NCBI RefSeq assembly: GCF_036588685.1
Contig: NC_086380.1
Location: 70,184,001 to 70,248,000 of the forward strand
Reading direction: 5' to 3'
DNA length: 64,000 nt
Source of the DNA: Mytilus trossulus
Taxonomy: Eukaryota
The notes below the pieces were generated by a model that made no database searches, was not told the DNA's origin, and saw only the letters and a list, made by a program, of their open reading frames with translations. A program made the position numbers and the translations under genes. Shown here piece after piece: positions 25,301 through 37,006 of the stretch (its first letter is position 1; each line of letters opens with the position of its first letter).

Positions 25301-28300
25301 ATGACGAAAGATGACGCTCGGTTTCTTCTTCGTGTAGTACAAAATCTATCTGTAAGTAGGAGCACCTTCATATGGAGTATATACCTAGTAATTTAAATCA
25401 ATTATGTTCAGCAAATACCGCAAACAAAAATATGTTTATGAAGACGACAGGTGGCGTTTCGTACAAGCGGAAACTATATAAAAATTCAATGAGTTGGTAA
25501 CATATAAATATTTCCCGCCCATATGTCAAGAAATGAGGCTATTGACAAACAATGTTGTATTCCGCCTGTCTCTTCGAACGAGCAGTGAGTCAGGACCCAA
25601 GGCTACCCGTTTACGTTTCAAAATAACTCAAGACATAACCCCTCGGGGCCAGACTCTAAATAATGTGCAAATATCATCATGGAGAAATACAATTACAAAT
25701 TACAAATGCAAATGGCGAGATGGTGAAATCTTTTCTAACAAGTCAAAGAGTAGGGTGTCACTTTGGCTAAAAGTAGATGTAGGTTACAATTTTTGTAAAA
25801 AAAAAACAGTTTCTTAGTTTAACGATATTGGTAATTGACAAATTATTCATAAGGTACACCTCCTAGTTTATTTCGATCTATCTAGGAATATGTTGTGGAT
25901 ACCAATACTGGCTGTAATACAGTGGTAAAGAGAGCGCAGTCGATGTATTGACGGTGCACGAGAGCAGTTTCTGATCATGAACCGCTGTCAACGCTCGGTG
26001 TGAGCACTGCATTTTTTCAAGGTGGTTCTATTCGATTATAAGTACTGTTTTTAAGACAAATGAGGTAAACTAATGAGGTATTTTGTTCGTTGAGATCTTA
26101 AAACACTTTGTGTAGTTCTTGACCTTTCTTTCACAACATTGCTTGACTGATAATTGTTTAATCCCTTGGCATTTGCCATCTGTCGCCACAATGATCGTTA
26201 GCATAGTACAACGACAACATTTAACACATCGACATTTCACGAATCGACAAGTTACAAGTTACAACACATCAATATACAAATTGACAATTTACCGATAAAT
26301 AAATTTGAAATCACACAGTTACAAGTTACAAATTGACAACTTACGAATTAATAATTTCAAATTACAAATATACAAGTTACAAACTGAAAATTTAAGCAAT
26401 ACGAATTATGAAAGTACACAAGTTCAAATTACGAATTGAAAAGTTAAGAATTAAGAATTTTGACTCCGCTGGCTTTTCATAAAACCATAGCCACTAATAT
26501 TATTCATTTGTGCGCGACACAGCAACAATATAACTCAAACAAAAATTGAAAAAGTGCTTATAAAGGCATTCAGATTTTGAAAACAAATTCCACTGACGTC
26601 ACAATAAGTTCCAAATCATATATATGAACCGAAGTTATAACAAAAATACTAAATTAACAAAGGCCAGAGATTAATGACTTGTAAAATAGACGCAGAAATA
26701 TAGCGGGACTAAACATGTTTGTGCAGTCTCAACATCCCCCCTATACTTCATGCCAACGACGAATAAACAACAACAAAACAGTGATACGCAGATATATAAG
26801 AACTCCGAGTCCGATGTTAGATTATGTAATAAAAGAAACAAAACGAAATGAAAATAATCAACACAAATTAACAAAGGACAACTAGCAGTTAATGACATGC
26901 GAGCTTCAGACCTCAAGAACTCAATTAAACTGATAGATATATTATGTCTTCATCGTATGCAACTTATACTTACAATACGCAATAATATCTGTGCCAGCTG
27001 ACAAAGTTTGGACCATCATGTGCAGATTTTCCAGCGCCTCCCTGGTGCATAAGTGCGAACGAATCATACTTGTTGGGTGAGACCGACTGAAAAATATTGC
27101 ATTGGTGATTAAACAAATTACATTCTTAATGACATATGTAACCTATAACTATGACATTGACGATTGAACAAATTAATTCTTAATGACATATGTTACAGTC
27201 CTTGGATGGTGTAAACTTCCCACGAACACCATACACCATTACACCATACACCTTGTACCTTTACACCATTCACGTTACACCTTTGCACCATACACATTAC
27301 ACCATACACCATACACCATTCCCCATTCAACATTTGCATCTACACGATTCGAAATTACCCGTAATGGAATTAAATTTCAAATATTAAGATTATTATTATT
27401 GTTTATGTTTACAATTCGAAAAATTAAAATAAAAGGAACTTCGTTTTCAACCAATGAAATGTCATACACCGTTCATTTACACCATTCCCAATCGCACGTT
27501 ACACAATCACACCATTCCTCATACACCATTACACCATTCCCCTTACACCATACACCATAGCACCATACACCTTACACTATTGCACCATATGCCATACACC
27601 ATTACACCATACACGTTTTTTGGGGAAGTTTACACCATCCAAGGGCTGTAACCAAAGAAAAAGACATTGGCGATTTAACAAATAACATTCTGAATGACAT
27701 GTGTAACCTAAAAAGTTGATATTGGCGATTGAACAAATTAAATTCTAAATGACATATGTAACCTAAAAAGTTTATATTGGCGATTGAACAAATTAAATTC
27801 TATATGACATATGTAACCTATAACTATGACATAGACGATTGCGCAAATTACATTCTGAGTGATATATGTAACCAAAAAAAAATGACATTGGCGACTGAAC
27901 AAATAACATTCTGAATGACATATGTAACGTAAAAATATGACATTGACGATTGAACAAATTACAATCTGAATGACATATGTAATCTAAAAAGTTGACATTG
28001 GCGGTTGAACAAATTACAGTCAGAATGACATATGTAACATAAAAATATGACATTGACGATTGAACAAATTCCATTCTGAATGAAACATGTTACCCCCAAA
28101 AAATTACATTAACGATTGAACAAATTATATTCTGAATGACATATGTAACCCAAAAATATGACATTGGCGGTTGAACAAATTACAGTCTGAATGACATATG
28201 TAACATAAAAATATGACATTGACAATTGAACAAATTACATTCTTATTGACCGATCTATTAGCCGTATTGGTCACCACTTTTTGGAACTTTTCGTCCTCAG

Positions 28301-29806
28301 TGCTCTTCAACTTTATAGTTGTTTTGGCTTTCGAACTTTTTTCATCTGAGCGTCACTTGTTAGTCTTGTGAAGACGGAACGCACGTCTGGCGCATTACAT
28401 TTAAAACCTGGTACCTTTTGTTAGCTATCAGACGTGTATTTCTGTCCTATATTTTTTTCAATTTATATGTATCGTAGTCCTGTCATGTAATGTTGTCCTT
28501 TTAATATTAAATTAGACATTGTTATTAAAGCGGGAAGTTTGGCATGCCACTAAACCAAGTTCAACCCACCATTTGTTTTCTTAAAATGTCCTGTACCATG
28601 TCAGGCAATTGCCATTGTTATATTATAGTTCGTTTATGTGTGTGTTACATTTCAATTCTGTGTTTTTGTGGTGTCGTAGTTCTCCTGTTATATTTGATGC
28701 GATTCCCTCGGTTTAGTTTGTAGCCCGGATTTGTATGTTTTTTCTCAATCGATTTATCAATTTCGAACACCGGTATACTTATGTTGGCTTTATATAACTA
28801 GAAAATTTGGCATAGTATGGCGATCGAACAATTTTCATTCTGCCATATATAACCAAATTATATGATTGCGTTAAATAACGAAAAATACGGACTGAAAGCG
28901 GAAGCTTCATTTATAAAAAACGAGAAGATATTTGTGTAGTGAAGATGACGGGTAAAAACAAACAGGACGGTTACACCTATATGGATGTATTGAAATTGGT
29001 AAAAAGGTTGTAAAATAAAATGTTATTCTATATACATGTTCTTTTTTAATTTAAAAATACTAAATATTTATCTATATACACTGATGAAGACATAACTCGT
29101 TACATTAAATGGAATCTCTTAGCAAAAGGACAATATAGATCGTAAAATAAAAAATACATTCAAGGAAATATTGAGTTTACCTTTATGAGTCGGAAGCAGT
29201 CTTTAGTTTAGGAATTTGTTATTTCAATCTGGTTAGTTTGTTTAAGATAGACAGACATCGTTGGTTGTTAAACAAAATATTGTTTTCAATATTAGACAGG
29301 CGTATGCACAAGTGGTTAACGCTGGATTTTACTTAATGTTTGATTCACCAGAATATATCTAGTTTTGGTAGTTATCAAACAAATTGAACGAAGAAAATTA
29401 TAGAAAATTCGAACTTTCTGATCGTTACCATGGTTACTTATAAACTTACCGTGTCACTTTTCAAGGCTTTTACTGCGTCGATGAACTTTTGAAATTCATT
29501 TTCACTCAATGTCCGTATTTCTTTCCTTACTCGCAATCTGTACCGTGTTTGTCGTCTCATGCGATAATGTAATTTTCTGCCGAGCGAATCGAGCCATTCG
29601 AAGGCATCCTTCCTTAAACCTATTGAGCTTTCATTGTTGTACATATGTTCCAAAAAACTTTCTAAACAGTTCTTTTGAACATCATATCGAGTGATGTTCT
29701 TATCAGCTTTTTCCAAGTAGCATTCTTCTAACTTTGGTGGAAACACATCTTCCATAATAAGCCCTGACGACGGTATAAGAGCCAGCAAAAGTAAATAAAA
29801 CGTCAT
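19369..29806 (-). CDS. Secreted tyrosinase-like (type-3 copper) protein with Gly/His-rich repeat insert; coding exons 29806-29450, 27086-26974, 22405-19369; in-frame TGA at 21108-21106
   Basis: Signal peptide MTFYLLLLALIPSSG; RVRKEIR motif; CuA His triad in the 113-nt exon missed by the ORF track (LMHQ..SAHDGPNFVSWHR); LPYWN; CuB HHDDVH...SPMDPIFWLHHCFID; GT-AG introns in phases 0 and 2; Cys-containing C-terminal domain. 589 aa to the TGA, 1168 aa if read through. Confidence 0.92.
20030..21560 (-). repeat. Coding minisatellite, 30-nt units (60- and 180-nt higher order) encoding IGGGHGDATQ / IGGRHRGDLG / IGGGQEWASQ decapeptides
   Basis: Column periodicity visible in the sequence; 20761-20880 is identical to 20941-21060. 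Confidence 0.95.
23507..24969. mobile_element. PIF/Harbinger-type non-autonomous element in tyrosinase intron
   Basis: ~32-bp TIR GGCCACACCAATTT.ATT.CTTGTTC.ACGGA, TAA TSD at 23504-23506 and 24970-24972. Confidence 0.85.
24184..24636. mobile_element. Nested MITE inside the Harbinger-type element
   Basis: TIR AGGTTGAGAACAACCC / GGGTTGTTCTGAACCT; interrupts a copy of the common interspersed repeat. Confidence 0.6.
24994..26481. mobile_element. 1.5-kb element with ~310-bp TIRs and 6-bp TSD (IS3EU-like termini)
   Basis: 24994-~25310 is the reverse complement of ~26180-26481 (e.g. GTACTATGCTAACGATCATT / AATGATCGTTAGCATAGTAC); TAT...ATA termini; AAACCA at 24988-24993 and 26482-26487. Confidence 0.75.
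27100..28243. repeat. ~55-bp tandem minisatellite (~12-13 units) interrupted by a MITE
   Basis: Unit AACAAATTACATTCTGAATGACATATGTAACCTAAAAATATGACATTGGCGATTG; copies at 27112, 27167, then continuous ~27650-28243. Confidence 0.9.
27196..27648. mobile_element. Tc1/mariner-type MITE with internal CACCATA/CACCATT microrepeats
   Basis: TIR CAGTCCTTGGATGGTGTAAACTTCCC / GGGAAGTTTACACCATCCAAGGGCTG, TA on both sides; splits a satellite monomer at GACATATGT^AACC. Confidence 0.85.
28247..28425 (+). repeat. Hammerhead-family repeat fragment, core degenerate
   Basis: GAGCGTCA-CTTGTTA-GTCTTGTGAAGAC-GGAAC-GCAC-GTC-TGGCGC at ~28348-28393. Confidence 0.65.
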
Positions 29807-30437
29807 TGTCTGTAAAACATTAACAATACCTAAAAGACGAAGATCCGTTTGGCAGTATTTGTTATTAAAAATGTGGTATAATAATTTAAATGTTTAGGTT
29901 AGTTTCGTTACTTATAGTGGACAACTATTTATTACTAAGACTTGATGAAGTTCACTGACAGTAGGTTTTGTTACGCCTAGGCTTGGGAAATTGGAAGACA
30001 AATGCTCACAATAATCTTAGCAGATACAGTTTGTTGAATATTCTCTTTTACCTCATACCACATTGTGGTGCATCCAAGAAAGACGGGTACTACAGGTCAT
30101 ACAATCTACAATAACATTCCTAACGACTGCATGTTCAAAATGTAGTATAGAGCAGGGTATATATTCATAGTACATTAAGATATTCTGGAACTCAAATGAA
30201 GTGTTATACTTATCATGCTGTTTTGATAATGACTTATAATAAGAACTTTCTTTATACATGATATATTCAAATAATGGGGAAATTAGATTAAGAAGACCCT
30301 ATATATAATATCAAAATAAGATGATTGCCAATGAGACAACTATCTACCACCATTCTTATAAAGTTGATGTAAGTAATAAGTGGCATCCGTACGGCATTTA
30401 ACAATTAGACAAACCCATACCATAACGTCTACTATAA

Positions 30438-30704
30438 TTATAGATTATCGTTGATTATCTCAACGAGATTGATTTTCTCGCTTGAGCTTGTACAGCGAAA
30501 GTGAGAAAAGCAATCGAGTTGAGATGACCAATGATAATCTGTTTATCGCTATTTTCCCTATGACGACGTTGTCAATTTCACGTCAATTTCGTTTGCAACG
30601 CCACGTGGCCTCCTTATATTCTAGCGATAATTTTTCAGCGGGAAGCATGATATGAAAAGTATCACAAAATTAGATCAAAGGAAAAATGCACAAAATAGCG
30701 ATAA
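30438..30704 (-). mobile_element. ~270-bp TSD-less hairpin element, copy 2
   Basis: Reverse complement of 12327-12589 and 38345-38619. Confidence 0.85.
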
Positions 30705-30844
30705 TGTATGTTACATTAATTGTGTTTCTATATACATGATTTACAAATAGTCGAGTGTTCTTTTTTTTAGTAATTAAATTGTTGGTAAAGACATTTAAAT
30801 TGATATTTACCTTATATGTTTAAAACACAAGTAAATGTATTTAC

Positions 30845-30908
30845 AAGTACTTTACCTTACTTCTAGGTTATAAAACTAATGAAGACAACGTTGACTTCCA
30901 TTTATATA
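30845..30908 (-). promoter_or_regulatory. Putative tyrosinase TATA box, initiator and short non-coding first exon
   Basis: TATATAAA (30908-30901), TCATTAGTT ~25 nt downstream, then GTAAGG/GTAAAG donors near 30860-30851; the ATG exon starts at an acceptor (TTTTACAG^ACAATG, 29809), which implies an upstream exon. Confidence 0.55.
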
Positions 30909-31079
30909 CCAAAAGCTAAATAAATGATGGTGGTACATGTGTTATTAATTGACTAAAAAGAGTGAGTAATTCTTGGAAAACATATGTGTTTTGTAACGTA
31001 AATTGATTTCGTACTGATACTTAATATACTGAACCGCAAAAGAAACGTCGTATTTTTTTCGAAAACTCAAATTTTCAAA

Positions 31080-31272
31080 TACTGTCGATTCATTATTATT
31101 CTTGGATACAAATTTTCGTTGTTTTCGAGGGTAAAAGTGAACCACGAATTCAAATGTTCAACAAATTACAAATTTTCTATAGGCTTTGTGTGCAGAGACC
31201 GGTAAAACCACGAAATCAAATATCCTCAATCCACGAAAATTGATACCGTCGAAAATAAATGAGTCGACAGTA
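31080..31272. mobile_element. TA-flanked MITE (CTGT.GATTCATT family); related larger copy at 32335-33178
   Basis: TIR TACTGTCGATTCATT / AATGAGTCGACAGTA; second pair TACTGTGGATTCATTT / AAATGAATCCACAGTA splits the Tc1 DDE region. Confidence 0.75.
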
Positions 31273-31363
31273 CACTGAAAAAAAATTACATTTATTTCAG
31301 TTAGGTAAATTATCTTCAAATGAATCTAATTAGTTATCAAAAGTACCAGGATTATAATTTTAT

Positions 31364-31407
31364 ACGCCAGACGCGCGTTTCGTCTACATAAGACTCATCA
31401 GTGACGC
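31364..31407 (-). ncRNA. Minimal type I hammerhead ribozyme with intact core, within a retrozyme/PLE-type repeat (31332-31648)
   Basis: Minus-strand RNA GCGUCA-CUGAUGA-GUCU(UAUGU)AGAC-GAAA-C-GCGC-GUC^UGGCGU: canonical CUGANGA and GAAA boxes, stem II, palindromic GCGC loop III, GUC cleavage triplet, stem I closure. Confidence 0.85.
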
Positions 31408-34400
31408 TCAGATCAAAATAGTTAAAAAGCCAAAACAAATACAAAGTTGAGGAGCATTGAGGACCCAAATTCCAAAAAGTTGTGCCAAGTACGGCTAAGG
31501 TAATCTACTCCTGGGGTAAGAAAATCCTTAGTTTTTCGAAAAATTCAAAGTTTTGTAAACAGAAAATTTATAAAAATGACCATATAATTGATATTCATGT
31601 CAACACCGAAGTGCTGACTACTGGGTTGGTGATACCCTCGGGGACGAATTGAATCTCCGTTATTAATTCGGTCGTCCAAATATTAGTTTTGCTGGGTCTG
31701 TGGGACACGTTTCGCAGTCAAATTTCATGATGATAAGATGCTCGTTGAATCCGTGCCTCAATAAGGGTAATTGAGAGGTGCGAAGTTTTTGTGTCATCAT
31801 AATCTGTTGGATGTGGTACTAATGCTACGACTGAACACACGATAAGGAGAACAAGTATAATGACGTTTGAATGCTGGACAGTGACTTCAAGTGGTTGAAA
31901 ATGCATTTAACTGCAATATACTCACCATCCAACGTCAACCTGAACGCTACAATGTAACAAACAGTACATATGACCGTCCTCGTACGGGTCGTCCCAGTGT
32001 AACAACATTGCGTCCGGATAGCTTAATCTTACGACAAAATCTGCAGAACCGGTTCCTCTGTGCAACTCATACTGCTCGTTAGACAATATGAATGAACCAG
32101 AGACCACTAGTCGGCGTCGATTAAGATCTCGTACATGAGTTGTCGTCGTCCTGCCAGAGGACCTATTCTCCCACCACTTCAACGTCTAGAACGACTGCAG
32201 TGGGCCACCCATCGACAAAATTGGGCACATCAGCAGTGATAAACGGTTATCTTTTCAGACGAAACCCGTTACTGCATTTCAAATGCAGTAAACATGACAC
32301 GGATCTGAGGAAGACAGGGCAAAAGATATGCAAATACTGTGGATTCATTTATTTTCGAGGGTATCAATTTTCGTGGATAAAGAAAAAAAGACGTTTCGTG
32401 GTATACGTAAATTCGTGGATCGCTGATCACAAAATTAAAAAAAATAAGATACATAATTCGTGGATTTCTTTTTGATTTAAGAGATCATATAACCTCCTTG
32501 GTTTTATTAATAATAAAACAAACAAAAAAGGAGTTCGTTGAAAAAGTTTTGAATTGTCAAAATCCTCGTTTGATCATTTTAGGTTAAGTGTTCGTTGAAA
32601 ACTTCTATAACAATAAAATAATGGACAAAGACAACTAATTATTTGTTTGTTTTACAATTTATAAATGCTTGTCGAGATTCTATAAGGCTATCAAAACTTT
32701 ATGATTGAAAGCTCATTTCCCTCATCATGATATAATAAACAGTCATATAAGTAAAAGGTGTGAAAATAAATGTTTCTGTCATAAACAATATTACCTACGG
32801 GCAATATCCCCGTACTTAATCCTATTGATTTTTAATCACTAGTAAACCAAACTTTGACACGGTAATTAACAACTTGCAGTTATTTTCCTTGAACAGTTTT
32901 AATCAATTTAAAAAGTAAATTACCACTGATATTTGATATATTTATTATTGATTTAATTAAAATACTTGTATCTTCTTTCAATAAAAAACACGTGTTATGC
33001 TACAATGTTTATCGCTAGTCAACACTATACTAGAACCGCATAACATATCCGGAAATAAACATCCGACTCCATACATTTATCGGGATTATTCTTCGTTGAA
33101 TTCTTAAATTCGTGGTTCGCTGTGACCCACGAAACACACGAAAATTGGTATACCACGAATAAAAATGAATCCACAGTAGCTGTATGATGCAAAGAGAACC
33201 ATGTAGAGGTCCAAGCATTATGTTATGGGGCGGAATCGGCTTGAACCATAGATTAGGGACTGTTGTCTTTCAGAATTTTTGAGCAGGTGGAGGAAATGGT
33301 GTTAATGCAGCCCGGTTTACCGATCAAGTTGTGCGACCACATGTTGTGCAGATTTTGCTCGCTCTCAAAACAACAACTGCTGTGGAACTGCTAGCATCTT
33401 TTTCTGCAGGTATGGGCTAGCATTCCTATGCACTTTATCAACCGTCTACCACATTCCATGTACATGAAATGTCGGCCCATAATGTACGCGTTTGTAGGAT
33501 ACACACACTACTGACTGATAACCTGTATTAGTTAATTCTGTGATATGGTGGTGGAAAACTTTAATTTATTTATGAACAGTGAATGAACTGAAATGATGTG
33601 AATTGTTTAAATAACAAGGGTATTTATACGCCCATTCAATAATAGAATTACCATTTATTCTTTCATCATCTTTGCATAAAATTCTTCTTCGACGTTTCTT
33701 TTGCGGTTCAGTATATATAGTTCTAGTAATAATAAAAAGTACCAGCAACATTATTATGTAACCCGGACACCAAATTGGAAGATAACAAGGTTATGATTTA
33801 TGATAATAATAACATAAATATTTTTTTTATATACAGTTTTGATCATGGATCCGGTATCTTTCCTATAATCTTGAGCATTTCAATATAAAACCAGTTCCAA
33901 GAAAGTAAGGGTTTAACCACAAGACTGAAATAGAATGAAACAAGGATTTCATCAAGGATGTCCAATTATGTGAAAATTTCGTAGAACTTATCACTATGTT
34001 TAGAAAACCATGACATGTTTGCATGCAATTTTTTGTATACTTAAAGTTGGTACTCCTCGTAAATATTCGGCATGTTATGATATTCACTGAAATAGTTAAG
34101 CAAATTCGAGAAACAATTCCAGAGTTGAATTAGTTTTGTGGGTACCATTTTCACCTTGAAGTCCCTGTTACTTTTATGACCAGTTGTTTTGCTCTACAAT
34201 TTGGTTATTTTTTCTATATTGCATATAAAACCAGAAATGTTTTACAAAGTAATTAAGGTTTAAAATTACAACTTCATACATCTTTAAAAAATTATATGAT
34301 TTATGGGGTTAAATCATTTTTACTGTGACTTCTCATGACTTTCTATCATTTTATAATTTTCAAATTATCTTTGAGCTGATTGTTGCAATGCATTAAACAA

Positions 34401-34789
34401 TTTATTTTGATATTCATTAGTAAAGACGACTTCTAATCACTGCATAAATGAAATGATGAAAAAAGACATCGATGTGTGGTTAAGTGGCAAGAGAATTGTC
34501 AATTTTAAAGAATTATATTATAGAGATTCGATAGATTAATTATTATTTTTATCACGCAAAGTGACACATATATAATATTCTCTGCAAAAGTAGACACTCG
34601 GAATTAATTTTTAGAATTTCTACATGTATTTTTATAGTAAACTTTAATAATTACTACTAATAAAGATATTCACTTAAAACGTGATTGATTGATGAGAGGA
34701 CAGTCAATTCCTTCGAGATTGATGAAAAAGGTCAATTTGTCATAGTAATTGTAATTCCCGATGCCGTTTATAAAAGTACCGTGTATGAA

Positions 34790-36010
34790 CAACTATCGAT
34801 GCCTACACACATATCCTCGAAACAGATCTAGATGCTATCAGTTTTCTTATGTTAGTGCGTGGAATCACTCGCCTTTCCAGTGGCAACATTTGTATGAGCT
34901 GATCATGGGTCAGATGCTGGGGGAGACGCTAGTGCACACGTTTGTCAAGTTGGTCCCGTATATTCTCAATAGGATTCAAATCCGGTGATTTGGATGGGTA
35001 ATAAAGCGCATTGGTGTTATTCTGATTAAGGTAGCCCATTGTTAAACCTGAGGCCTAGTATTTTTTTTCTGAAATAATTTCTTGTGTCGGTCAATAACAT
35101 GCATAATGTTGAAGGTTGAAAATTTTCTCTTTTGTACCTTTGAGCCATTAAATTATACGGAACATGTACCAATTCCATTTCACCGCCGTAACAGTTAGCC
35201 TCCAATATCATGACACTTCCAACGATTCCAAAGCTGTCCACTTCATGGACACACGAGGAAGCCAAACGTTTATACATGCACCGAAAACATGAGTTTTCTC
35301 ATCATGTTTCTGAAGTATAAAAAGGGAACTCATCACTGAACCGAATTTTGTGTCATTTGTAAACAGTTATCAGAGGTACCGAGGTAGTACTTTAATACGC
35401 CAGACGTGCGTTTCCTTCTACATAAGACCCATCTGTGACGTTCAGATCAAAATAGTTATAAAGCCAAACAAGTAAAAAGTTGAAGAGCGTTGAAGACCAA
35501 AATTTCCAAAGAATGTGCCAAATACGGCTTAGGTAATCTATTCCTGGGATAAGAAAATGTTTTTTTTTTCAAAAAGTTTAAAGTTTTGTAACAGGAAATT
35601 TATAATGATTACCATATAATTGATTTTCATGTCAAAATCGGACTTTAGATCGTCTCTGTAACGGCCAAATAATGGTTGCAAAACATGGCCTCCTGTTTCT
35701 AATGCCATTTTGTCCTAGTCGAGTGCGGACTGATAGTAAGCTGATTTTTCTCATTTCTGGTATTCCAACTTCAGTGTCTATTGCGGCAATTGTTCTATTC
35801 CATAAACTAAAAACCTGCATGTAACGATTTTGTCCAGGAATAGTTAGGAGATAATGTACTCTCCTCGGGCGATCCTCAGCACAGCTAGTCTGCTTGTATT
35901 TGTTCCAAAGTCGCGAAATTGTGCTCTGGTTAACAATTTCAGTTCTTGATACCTCACTTTCGGACACTTCGGTCTAGACCGCCGATGTTATTATTTCGAA
36001 AAGCGGTGTA
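34790..36010 (-). mobile_element. Decayed Tc1-family transposase (second element), split by a hammerhead repeat
   Basis: HTH region VNQSTISRLWNKY..EDRPR (35967-35632), RFSDE (~35335), GSVMIL (~35210), SPDLNPIEN (~34985-34960); TIRs not identified. Confidence 0.85.
35364..35633 (-). repeat. Hammerhead-family repeat copy (degenerate core) inserted in the Tc1 remnant; further degenerate cores at ~43035-43116 (+) and ~45605-45675 (+)
   Basis: Colinear with 31332-31600 over ~270 bp; core boxes mutated. Confidence 0.75.
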
Positions 36011-36414
36011 TAACCTTGAAATTGCAGCGTTTTAACGTGGGGGTCTATAAAATCTTCAAACATGGTGCTGATATGCGCAAATTCAAATAGTGCTATCAAT
36101 TTTCTAATGTTCGTGCAACAGGTGTCACATAAAATAAAATATAATCCGTTTCTGTATCTTCTTCTTACTGTATGTTAAAAAAACAAGGATGTAGATGTTA
36201 GATTTTGTGTTTAACCTTTGTTTCTTTTCAATTTTCCATTTTTGTAACCAGTCGAATTATTCGTCTACACGATTGTTTTTTCTATTCAGTTCTTCTGGTA
36301 CCTTCTACATGTGCACTAAAATGGATAAGTAGGTATCATAATGAGCCTCTAAGTGTTATTAATCGTGTTTTTTTTATATTTTCAGAAAAACAATCGATTC
36401 GTTAAAACTTTTAA

Positions 36415-37006
36415 GGTGGTATGGGAGTCTAAAATAAAAATGATAGAATTTGTTCATACTTTGCCAACATGTAGTATCTATTGATACATGTTAAAAAATA
36501 TTATAAAAATGATAGGTCACCGTGCATTTTTTCAAGCTACGGGTCGTGACAAAATGACACATTGTGTATGGATTATACAGGAAAAAACACCATTTTGTGA
36601 ATAGAAACTAAACGAAATGATAGAATTGTAAAATAAATTAGGAAAATATAGCTTTCAAACAATGCTTTGATAATATCAAAAGAAAAGATAGGGTCACCGT
36701 ACGTTTTTCCCGGCTAAAATACAAAGTAGGAAAATTCCATGAACAATCCAACAAAAAATGCACTGTTTTAGAGTTACCTCCCCTTAAAATGACAATTTCA
36801 AAATCTTTAAAAACAACCAAAAATAATCTACACTTGTACATATATTTATATTTATAAGTTATATTCTTATAAATTGGATCTTTTAAATGTAAAAACACAT
36901 GAAATATCTGCATTCTTGCATCAAATTTTGCTAATTTGATAGAAAATATGGACCTTAGATTCTCTGTTTTTTACAATCCAAGATGGCGAAAGACACCCAT
37001 ACCACC
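36415..37006. mobile_element. TTAA-target MITE (Kolobok-like)
   Basis: TIR GGTGGTATGGGAGTCT / AGACACCCATACCACC flanked by TTAA and TTGA. Confidence 0.75.

Larger units (their letters stand above)
31027..33713 (+). mobile_element. Decayed full-length Tc1-family transposon with nested insertions
   Basis: Perfect TIR TACTGAACCGCAAAAGAAACGTCG with TA TSD; transposase remnants DRPRTGRPSVTT (~31975), RLQWA, IFSDETR (~32250), GPSIMLWGGIG (~33215); stops and frameshifts. Confidence 0.9.

Noticed and set aside
27100-28243. Regularly spaced repeats resembling a CRISPR array
   Set aside because: Contiguous 55-bp tandem units with no unique spacers, in a eukaryotic intron, with no cas genes
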